Virus record (IMG/VR): IMGVR_UViG_3300049489_000428
Coordinates: 1 to 57,255 of that record
Origin: a virus
Lineage: Duplodnaviria > Caudoviricetes
Direction: 5' to 3' (one strand)
DNA length: 57,255 bases
Each line of letters begins with the position of its first letter. Position 1 is the stretch's first letter. The notes beneath the pieces were generated by a model. That model was not told the origin of the DNA, did not search any database, and saw only the letters and a program-made list of their open reading frames with translations. The translations under genes were made by a program, and so were the position numbers. Positions 1 through 5,885 of the stretch are shown piece by piece.

Positions 1-59
1 GCAATTACAGTGGGGTTGCCGCTACCTACCCAAAGCAACACGATTAGAACATAGATCAT
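1..59 (-). CDS. partial small exported/membrane protein (runs off the window)
   Basis: ATG at 59 with GAGGA SD; reads MIYVLIVLLWVGSGNPTVI. Confidence 0.45.
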   Translation of the reverse strand, partial: MIYVLIVLLWVGSGNPTVI

Positions 60-67
60 TTTTATCC

Positions 68-196
68 TCAATAGTAGATTCGAACATTCTTGAATGGTTG
101 CACAAATTTTCCGTTGTGCTCGAATATTTCGCAATTGCGTTTTGCAAACCATTCGATAAAAAACAGCGGCAGAATTTTACACCATGATCGCAACAT
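68..196 (-). CDS. 42-aa hypothetical protein (not in ORF track)
   Basis: Hand translation MLRSWCKILPLFFIEWFAKRNCEIFEHNGKFVQPFKNVRIYY*; tiles tightly between neighbours. Confidence 0.5.
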   Translation of the reverse strand: MLRSWCKILPLFFIEWFAKRNCEIFEHNGKFVQPFKNVRIYY

Positions 197-197
197 A

Positions 198-401
198 TTA
201 AACCCCTAGCGCGACTTGTTGATTAGGCTGCCAGAAAATCACGATATACCGATAACCCTTTTTGATCTGCGGCAGATCACGATTCGACAGATAGGGACCG
301 TTGATAATCTTGAAATCCTTGCCCGCGTTCCAATCATTCAATGCTTGTTGCTGCGAATGATAGTTGCGACCATAAGCGGGACGAATAAAAAGAGTGCTCA
401 T
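198..401 (-). CDS. hypothetical phage protein
   Basis: PAYGR..W..GKDF pattern; AAGG SD; tiled operon. Confidence 0.7.
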   Translation of the reverse strand: MSTLFIRPAYGRNYHSQQQALNDWNAGKDFKIINGPYLSNRDLPQIKKGYRYIVIFWQPNQQVALGV

Positions 402-410
402 GTTAACCTT

Positions 411-566
411 TCAGGAGTTAGCAGTTTCAAAAGCCTGACGAAGCAAATTCAACACACGTTCTTGCCTTCGCAGGTTTTCTAGATCGATTTCCGTGTCGCG
501 GATCATCTCTTGCGTAATTCGCAATTCTTGCTCAATCTGTTCAAGTGGGGGGAGCAAATGTCGCAT
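411..566 (-). CDS. small coiled-coil protein
   Basis: Start trimmed to MRHLL, just after the upstream stop; heptad-like E/Q/L/R-rich sequence. Confidence 0.6.
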   Translation of the reverse strand: MRHLLPPLEQIEQELRITQEMIRDTEIDLENLRRQERVLNLLRQAFETANS

Positions 567-568
567 GA

Positions 569-817
569 TTAACCTTTCAGAAAAATGACGATGAGAAGTG
601 CAAATTGGCCGATGATTCCGATTACTGATCCGACAACGTATGCCCAAAGTTTAACATAAATTTCCTGAATTAGGCAAGCGACCAGACCAATAAGAAGCAG
701 AATAACGGAGGCAGCAGGAGCAGTTTCACCAGTTTGCAATGCTTGAATGATCGCAGGAACCGCGCTCACCTGCAAGCAAACTGTACCCAGGAACCCGGCA
801 AATTTTGCGTGTTTCAT
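569..817 (-). CDS. 3-TM membrane protein, SemiSWEET/PQ-loop-like
   Basis: 82 aa, three hydrophobic helices, G..GT.....SAVPAIIQALQTG resembles PQ-loop helix 1. Confidence 0.55.
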   Translation of the reverse strand: MKHAKFAGFLGTVCLQVSAVPAIIQALQTGETAPAASVILLLIGLVACLIQEIYVKLWAYVVGSVIGIIGQFALLIVIFLKG

Positions 818-969
818 TGTATTCTACCCTTGAGCAGCAGATAAACAATGGTTGCAAGAGAAATTGCAAAGCCTAGCAGGCCAAATTTGGCAAGTGTGAG
901 TAAACACCTATTCCAAAAATCCTCAACCCCCCAAACGGCGTAACCTATTAATTTTGTGTGTTTTGACAT
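814..969 (-). CDS. small membrane protein, probably leaderless
   Basis: MSKHTKLIG...; ATG lies 6 nt downstream of the -10 box; ATGA overlap with next gene. Confidence 0.6.
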   Translation of the reverse strand: MSKHTKLIGYAVWGVEDFWNRCLLTLAKFGLLGFAISLATIVYLLLKGRIQ

Positions 970-975
970 GAGCCT

Positions 976-1004
976 ATTATGTGCGCACCCTAGAATCCTG
1001 TCAA
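976..1004 (-). promoter_or_regulatory. sigma70 promoter
   Basis: TTGACA-17-CATAAT. Confidence 0.75.
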
Positions 1005-1014
1005 TAGACTTTGC

Positions 1015-1028
1015 TTGATCTAGATCAA
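1015..1028. promoter_or_regulatory. FNR/Anr-type box
   Basis: TTGATCTAGATCAA matches TTGAT-N4-ATCAA. Confidence 0.65.
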
Positions 1029-1069
1029 ATATCTTTTTGCAAAAACCGTTGACACCCCAATTTTTGGTG

Positions 1070-1133
1070 GGTACGCTACGCGGCGCGTAAGTCATTGATT
1101 TTAAAGGGTTTTTTCTTTGTGGTCATCTATATG
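1070..1133. repeat. 64-bp intercassette repeat, copy 1 (IHF site 1088-1114)
   Basis: GGTACGCTACGCGGCGCGTAAGTCATTGATTTTAAAGGGTTTTTT..GGTCATCTATATG. Confidence 0.95.
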
Positions 1134-1141
1134 ACTGCGAG

Positions 1142-1153
1142 CCGACGAACGGT
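1142..1153 (-). promoter_or_regulatory. AlgR-like (LytTR) box
   Basis: ACCGTTCGTCGG on the minus strand; recurs six times in the region. Confidence 0.5.
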
Positions 1154-1168
1154 AGTTGACAAATACAA

Positions 1169-1196
1169 GAGCCCGCGGTAGCTACTCCGCGGGCTC
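1169..1196 (-). terminator. intrinsic terminator
   Basis: GAGCCCGCGG/CCGCGGGCTC stem, U-rich tail on the minus strand. Confidence 0.75.
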
Positions 1197-1211
1197 AGGG
1201 GTCACTAACGA

Positions 1212-1274
1212 TTACCATTCGGGCCGTTCAGGTCTTAGGCCATTCCACCTCAGTTTAGCTGCGAGGTTCAGCAT
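1212..1274 (-). CDS. possible 20-aa peptide MLNLAAKLRWNGLRPERPEW
   Basis: Fills the gap between the upstream stop and the terminator; weak SD. Confidence 0.3.
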   Translation of the reverse strand: MLNLAAKLRWNGLRPERPEW

Positions 1275-1281
1275 CGCGATT

Positions 1282-1566
1282 CTACATAAACCCGTAACGC
1301 ACGATGTAAGCGAAAATCACAACCAGAATGCACCGCATGAAACCTGTAACAAGCGAGAATGTATAATCTTGATCCGCTTTAGTCGCTTTGAATGTGAGAA
1401 CGGCAACAAGCGTTGACCCTACGTAGGCTTGCAACATCGTGACTCTAGGAACGCCATAAAGGTCTGGCATAATCAGATTCCACGAGTGAGCCGCCGCCCA
1501 GGCCCAAAAGAAAACCAGAATGACGGTAAAAACGATTCCAAGAACAATCTTAATGGTCTTTTCCAT
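1282..1566 (-). CDS. 3-TM membrane protein
   Basis: Three hydrophobic segments; tiled in operon. Confidence 0.7.
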   Translation of the reverse strand: MEKTIKIVLGIVFTVILVFFWAWAAAHSWNLIMPDLYGVPRVTMLQAYVGSTLVAVLTFKATKADQDYTFSLVTGFMRCILVVIFAYIVRYGFM

Positions 1567-1568
1567 GA

Positions 1569-1694
1569 TTACCAGACCTTGCTAATGAAGTGCCAAGCGA
1601 CGTAGACAAGGCCACCCAGAATTGCAAGTTTGACAACGATAGCGACAACGATGATGAGTTCGACGACGGTAAAGCCCGATTGAAAACGCTTCAT
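1569..1694 (-). CDS. 41-aa type IV prepilin-like mini protein (not in ORF track)
   Basis: MKRFQSG|FTVVELIIVVAIVVKLAILGGLVYVAWHFISKVW*; class III signal G|FTxxE; AGGGGA SD; coupled to upstream stop. Confidence 0.8.
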   Translation of the reverse strand: MKRFQSGFTVVELIIVVAIVVKLAILGGLVYVAWHFISKVW

Positions 1695-1695
1695 T

Positions 1696-1881
1696 TTACT
1701 TTCCCCTGTTAGTGGAACGACGAGCCTTGATGTCGCGGTTCGCTTGCGCGCGAGCCGCAGCGTTGGATGCTTGTTGCCGAAGCGTACCGTTCGCCCGCGC
1801 TTTCGCGGTCTTACCGGAACCGGACAGGGGTTCCAAACCCTGAGCGATACGCCATGCGTTGATCTGTTCTTGCTTGGTCAT
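1696..1881 (-). CDS. small basic protein
   Basis: Start trimmed to MTKQEQ with AAGGA SD; R/K/A-rich. Confidence 0.7.
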   Translation of the reverse strand: MTKQEQINAWRIAQGLEPLSGSGKTAKARANGTLRQQASNAAARAQANRDIKARRSTNRGK

Positions 1882-2062
1882 TTCGGTTTCCTTTAGGTGG
1901 AGTGTTGTAAAGCCTAGGCTATCTTCGCAGCTCAATCGTCTGGTCTAGATCCGAGGATCGAAGGGCGGGAGAGTGGAAGTTAGCCTAGGTTACTCAATCG
2001 GCCATCGCGGTTTCCCATGTTCGCCTAAGCGGCTTTTGTCGGGGGAATGTGCTTAACCGATA
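1882..2062 (-). ncRNA. candidate structured 5' leader RNA
   Basis: About 180 nt between promoter and first ATG, with nested inverted repeats. Confidence 0.35.
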
Positions 2063-2068
2063 AGTTGA

Positions 2069-2110
2069 ATTATACGCGCGCCCACAAAATCGTCAATGAC
2101 CGTTCGTCGG
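2069..2110 (-). promoter_or_regulatory. sigma70 promoter with adjacent AlgR-like box
   Basis: CCGACGAACGGT-CA-TTGACG-16-TATAAT. Confidence 0.7.
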
Positions 2111-2154
2111 CTGACACCTAGCCGACAGACGGTAGTTGTTTTTTTGGCCAGCCC

Positions 2155-2218
2155 GGTACGCTCCGCGGCGCGTAAGTCCTTGATTTTAAAGGGTTTTTTC
2201 TGTCAAGTCATCTATATG
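2155..2218. repeat. 64-bp repeat, copy 2
   Basis: Aligns to copy 1 without gaps. Confidence 0.95.
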
Positions 2219-2264
2219 AATTTATTTGACAGTAAATGCGTCTCATTCTCATTTACAGGTAAAG

Positions 2265-2288
2265 CTATGGCCCCTTGCGGGGCCATAG
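2265..2288 (-). terminator. intrinsic terminator after A2
   Basis: CTATGGCCCC/GGGGCCATAG stem. Confidence 0.7.
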
Positions 2289-2305
2289 TCCTAAGTTATT
2301 ACAGG

Positions 2306-2701
2306 TTACACGGGGATCATGCCGTCCGTGTCGACCGTTTCCGGCTCCACCGGCTCACCGACCGGCTCAGCTTCGAACGCGAGAGCCGCAAGAATCAGCT
2401 TAAGCGCATTCTTGGGAGCCGCTTCGAGGCCGTCGAGCTTGTCGGAAGTGACGCCGATTTCATCGGCAATCTTTTGCACAAGTGCATTCTTGTGCACGAC
2501 CGGCGAACCATCCTTCGCCTTACGCTCGGCCTTCTTATAGACGCCTTCGCGCACGAGCTTGGCCACGACCGACTTAGTGGTCTTGCCGAACTTCGCCGCC
2601 ATCGCTTCCACGGTGGCCTTTTCGGGAGCCGCAGTGTAAGCGGCGACGAGTGCGGAAGTCTGTTCCGCGGTATAATTCACAACCTTAGCTTTTTCAGCCA
2701 T
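2306..2701 (-). CDS. A2: T5 A2-like pre-early DNA-binding protein
   Basis: NYT.E.T...Y, SVVAKL..EGVY.K, K..LV..IA, L..LE.A motifs and length match the T5 A2 family as recalled. Confidence 0.8.
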   Translation of the reverse strand: MAEKAKVVNYTAEQTSALVAAYTAAPEKATVEAMAAKFGKTTKSVVAKLVREGVYKKAERKAKDGSPVVHKNALVQKIADEIGVTSDKLDGLEAAPKNALKLILAALAFEAEPVGEPVEPETVDTDGMIPV

Positions 2702-2804
2702 TTTGTTTCCCTTTACAGGTAATTAGACGCTAGGGGAACAGTCGCATCGCGCTAGGCATCCCTGCCTCCAGACCCCATCGAATGTCATCCATCCGATAAT
2801 TTGA

Positions 2805-2856
2805 ATTATACGCTGTTCCGCCAGTCTGTCAACACACAAACATTGATTTAGATCAA
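2805..2856 (-). promoter_or_regulatory. sigma70 promoter plus FNR-type box (2843-2856)
   Basis: TTGACA-16-TATAAT; TTGATTTAGATCAA. Confidence 0.7.
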
Positions 2857-2897
2857 AAAAGATTTCGGCCAAACTGTTGCTATTCCATTTTCAAACG

Positions 2898-2961
2898 GGT
2901 ACGCTACGCGGCGCGTAAGTCATTGATTTTAAAGGGTTTTTTCTCGGAGGTCATCTATATG
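2898..2961. repeat. 64-bp repeat, copy 3
   Basis: Gap-free alignment to copy 1. Confidence 0.95.
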
Positions 2962-2966
2962 AGTGG

Positions 2967-2983
2967 AATGAGAATCATTCTCA
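2967..2983. promoter_or_regulatory. Fur-type box
   Basis: AATGAGAATCATTCTCA, 7-1-7 dyad. Confidence 0.6.
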
Positions 2984-2992
2984 CCTATAAGC

Positions 2993-3021
2993 AAAAATTA
3001 TCGCGGCTCGCGCCGCGATAA
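2993..3021 (-). terminator. intrinsic terminator
   Basis: TTATCGCGGC/GCCGCGATAA stem with T-run on the minus strand. Confidence 0.75.
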
Positions 3022-3022
3022 C

Positions 3023-3499
3023 TTAGGCCAACCGCGCATTTGCCTTGTGCGCGTTAATGCAAGTGATTCCCATTTGCCTCATGGTTCGCAACACGGGGGC
3101 AGCGTCGTCGAACATAATGAAATGCGCTTTCACAAACTGTTTTAGGTTTCGCAACGGAGCTAGCCATTTCCTTTTATATTCGCCGTCGCCGGATTTGTAA
3201 TGCTTCACGCCGCGGCATTGGTCGCGCGACATTATCTTAGCTGCGGTCAGACCATGATCGCGCAAGAAATCATAATCACATTTCTTCATATCGCGCGCGG
3301 TCAGAATCCAAACCTTTTCACCGCGAGCGATCAGATCGCGCATAACATCGGCGAGAGGTAGCAGAGTGTCGAGTGCTACATTCTCCGGCGTATGGCGTTC
3401 AATGTATGCGGCCAGGTTTAGCGTGCCGTCTGGATTGTTCGGCGTGCGATGTTTCGAGTTAATGACAGTCTCATCGAGATCAAAAATAAAAACGCGCAT
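3023..3499 (-). CDS. HAD-superfamily phosphatase
   Basis: FDLDET motif I, LTAR motif II, K, MFDD motif IV; start MRVFIF with GGAGG SD. Confidence 0.85.
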   Translation of the reverse strand: MRVFIFDLDETVINSKHRTPNNPDGTLNLAAYIERHTPENVALDTLLPLADVMRDLIARGEKVWILTARDMKKCDYDFLRDHGLTAAKIMSRDQCRGVKHYKSGDGEYKRKWLAPLRNLKQFVKAHFIMFDDAAPVLRTMRQMGITCINAHKANARLA

Positions 3500-4176
3500 T
3501 ATTTCCTCCGTTGAACAAGTTGCCACGGCATAGCATGGATTTTATTAGTCAATCGTTTTTGCTTGCGACGAATCACGCGAGCAAGAATCGCGCATTCGAT
3601 TTCGCAATCCTCAATTGCCGTATGCGATTCTGCGAACGTCGGATTTTGCGTCAGATAAGCATAAACAGATTCCGCGCTAGTGCGAACATTGCCGGCGGGT
3701 GAGACAAATCCGTTAGCTTCGCACCATGCGCGATATTTGTTAGTATTCACCAGATCAACGCAAGCCGATAGCCACAAATCCACAAATGCGATTTTGTGTT
3801 GCAAAAATTTATCGGTCATTCCGCAATAGTGCATTGTCTCCGTTAGTGCGTTGCGATCAAATGCGATGTTGTACGCTGCGACAGTGCGAACATTGTGTGA
3901 GTCGATCAGTGCATTAAAGTCGCGGCGAATTTCCGAGAATGATTGCAGTTTAATGCTACCATCGGCAAGCGAGGGAATGTAATGCGTGAAAGTCTTTTTC
4001 GAGTAGTATGCGCCAAGCATCAAATCGGGATTAGTGATAACTTCGCGCACGGCAAAAGACCTGCGGTCGATTTCATTTCCCTTACGGTCGCAAATGATGA
4101 CGCCGAAATCATAAACGAGTTTAGGCGAAATGCCGATTGTCTCAGTGTCAAAAACTGCAAAATTCTGTTGCCTCAT
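3499..4176 (-). CDS. DEDDh 3'-5' exonuclease
   Basis: FDTET, AYNIAFD, HTAIED motifs. Confidence 0.9.
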   Translation of the reverse strand: MRQQNFAVFDTETIGISPKLVYDFGVIICDRKGNEIDRRSFAVREVITNPDLMLGAYYSKKTFTHYIPSLADGSIKLQSFSEIRRDFNALIDSHNVRTVAAYNIAFDRNALTETMHYCGMTDKFLQHKIAFVDLWLSACVDLVNTNKYRAWCEANGFVSPAGNVRTSAESVYAYLTQNPTFAESHTAIEDCEIECAILARVIRRKQKRLTNKIHAMPWQLVQRRK

Positions 4177-4526
4177 TTTACCAATGCTCCCGAATAGGCG
4201 TAGCCGAAAATTCTAATATGGTGGCGTTGAAAAAATCGCCCGTGCTGTTCGCGTTGTGTGCGTTTCGATTTTTGAATCGCTTGCAATTGGTGGATCATTT
4301 CATGCAAGATTAATTCGCGCAAATCAGAATCGGGACAAGCTAGGTTAATGGTTATGCGATGTTTTCCATCCTTGCAAATGTCCCAATAGCCGGCGAAATC
4401 GGAATCGGGCATCGTGGTAAAATAGAACCTCGGTTTCGGCAAACGCGATTCAAAGAATCGGATGTTAGCCAATTCCCAGATACCCTGAATGTAGAGCCGC
4501 ATGGCCCTTGTGTTGTGCGTTCCCAT
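4173..4526 (-). CDS. SprT-like zinc metalloprotease
   Basis: LHEMIH ... HGRFF; N.RFF...LP pattern. Confidence 0.85.
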   Translation of the reverse strand: MGTHNTRAMRLYIQGIWELANIRFFESRLPKPRFYFTTMPDSDFAGYWDICKDGKHRITINLACPDSDLRELILHEMIHQLQAIQKSKRTQREQHGRFFQRHHIRIFGYAYSGALVK

Positions 4527-4533
4527 AAGTTGA

Positions 4534-4575
4534 ATTATACGCGCCCCAGTTAGCTTGTGAAGTACCGTTCGTCAG
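4534..4575 (-). promoter_or_regulatory. sigma70 promoter with adjacent AlgR-like box
   Basis: CTGACGAACGGT-AC-TTCACA-16-TATAAT. Confidence 0.65.
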
Positions 4576-4697
4576 TTCGTTAAGTATATGATTTCATTAC
4601 ATATTCACCCAGTAGACCTAGCTCACACACAAAAGACCTTTTAGAATCATAGAGTTAGCGAGCCGACGAACGGTAGTTGCACCCGCCATTTTGGGCG

Positions 4698-4761
4698 GGT
4701 ACGCTACGCGGCGCCTAACCCCTTGATTTATAAGGAGTTTTTCCTCACGGTCATCTATATG
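4698..4761. repeat. 64-bp repeat, copy 4
   Basis: Gap-free alignment; IHF core AATCAAGGGGTTA on the minus strand. Confidence 0.9.
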
Positions 4762-4828
4762 TGTTTGCATACGTTAACGTATACGTAGATTGCAATCAAC
4801 GTATACGTTGCGATGCGAACGATTATCA

Positions 4829-5050
4829 TTACATTAACCATTGTGTGATACCGTATATATTTGCGGTTGCGAAAACGCTATTAAGCAAAAGAAGCGGAGT
4901 GTTCTTAATCCGCCAAGAATGGATAACGTAAGCGGCGGCACCAATTAAGAAGGGAATATAACCGAACCCGGACACGCCAGTATGCGAGGCCACCATAAAA
5001 GCGCCAAGCATTCCGAAGCAAGCGCCTATCCATTCTAGTGTGCTCCCCAT
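4829..5050 (-). CDS. small 3-TM membrane protein
   Basis: Start MGSTLEWIG coupled by TAATG; hydrophobic. Confidence 0.7.
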   Translation of the reverse strand: MGSTLEWIGACFGMLGAFMVASHTGVSGFGYIPFLIGAAAYVIHSWRIKNTPLLLLNSVFATANIYGITQWLM

Positions 5051-5250
5051 TATGCTACCTTCCGCATTTCGGCGGCAATCTTCAGCAGGCATTCGTTTAC
5101 AGTCTTGGCACCGTGCCGTGCGAGAATCAATCCCTTAATGCGGGAGATACGGCTGCGAGTATTGAAATCGGTAGGATTAACCAAAGTTGCAATGTTCCGC
5201 GTAATCATGCCGAGGGTCTTTGCATCCATCAGAAGTTGGAATTTGTCCAT
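5050..5250 (-). CDS. hypothetical protein
   Basis: MDKFQLL start follows the upstream stop. Confidence 0.6.
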   Translation of the reverse strand: MDKFQLLMDAKTLGMITRNIATLVNPTDFNTRSRISRIKGLILARHGAKTVNECLLKIAAEMRKVA

Positions 5251-5252
5251 GT

Positions 5253-5429
5253 TTACCATCCCATGCGGAAGTTAATCAGTTCGACGGTATATTCTACCGA
5301 TTCATTGGCATTGAAGCAAGCGCCGAGAGTCTTACGAACAAGCGAATTTCCAAACAGGTCGGGATTGAATTCGCCCATCGTGAAAACGTCATTTACGAAC
5401 AGGTCGAACAGCGGATTGGTATTGAGCAT
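5253..5429 (-). CDS. 58-aa hypothetical protein (not in ORF track)
   Basis: MLNTNPLFDLFVNDVFTMGEFNPDLFGNSLVRKTLGACFNANESVEYTVELINFRMGW*; first gene after the promoter. Confidence 0.6.
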   Translation of the reverse strand: MLNTNPLFDLFVNDVFTMGEFNPDLFGNSLVRKTLGACFNANESVEYTVELINFRMGW

Positions 5430-5454
5430 TTGTGTTCTCGCTTGGTATGATTGA

Positions 5455-5517
5455 ATTATGATCGCGTTGTGCTAGTGTGTCAAGCGTTTCGCGTGACATT
5501 TATTTGATCTAGATCAA
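5455..5517 (-). promoter_or_regulatory. sigma70 promoter plus FNR-type box (5504-5517)
   Basis: TTGACA-17-CATAAT; TTGATCTAGATCAA. Confidence 0.7.
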
Positions 5518-5558
5518 AAAAGATTTTGTCCAAGCTATTGCATTACGCGCTGCGCGCG

Positions 5559-5622
5559 GGTACCCTGCGGGGCGCGTAAGCCCTTGATTCCCAAGGGATT
5601 TTCTTACGCGGTCATCTATATG
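5559..5622. repeat. 64-bp repeat, copy 5
   Basis: Most diverged copy; same length; IHF core and GGTCATCTATATG retained. Confidence 0.9.
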
Positions 5623-5624
5623 AG

Positions 5625-5858
5625 TTAAAAGCTATCGTCACCGTAGTAACCATAATCTTCGTCTGTCCCCCATCCGGCCGAGCGCAGGACGTCTGCATCA
5701 GCCTCGGCGTCAGAGTTAAATTGATCCTGCTCATCATCCCCATCATAGAGGTCGAGGTCTACACCACCACATTCCGGGCATTCATCCGATACATTGTGCA
5801 GATCAGTAACGTCGCGCTGGAATACTTCACCACATTCGAGGCATATCAAGGTCGCCAT
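5625..5858 (-). CDS. zinc-ribbon protein with very acidic C-terminus
   Basis: CLEC...CPEC; D/E-rich tail; AGGAG SD. Confidence 0.75.
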   Translation of the reverse strand: MATLICLECGEVFQRDVTDLHNVSDECPECGGVDLDLYDGDDEQDQFNSDAEADADVLRSAGWGTDEDYGYYGDDSF

Positions 5859-5885
5859 TTGTTTTCTCCTGTTGTGATAGGTGTA

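Noticed and set aside
970-1095. N-terminal extension of ORF 814..1095
   Set aside because: Runs through the promoter, FNR box and repeat; the start at 969 fits better.
2096-2722. 208-aa plus-strand ORF and similar plus-strand ORFs in 216-5954
   Set aside because: Antisense shadows of well-supported minus-strand genes or run across regulatory repeats; no SD or motifs.
1070-5622. CRISPR array or integron attC array
   Set aside because: Intervals are 0.7-1.7 kb of genes, repeats lack the attC RYYYAAC/GTTRRRY fold, and no cas or integrase gene is in the window.
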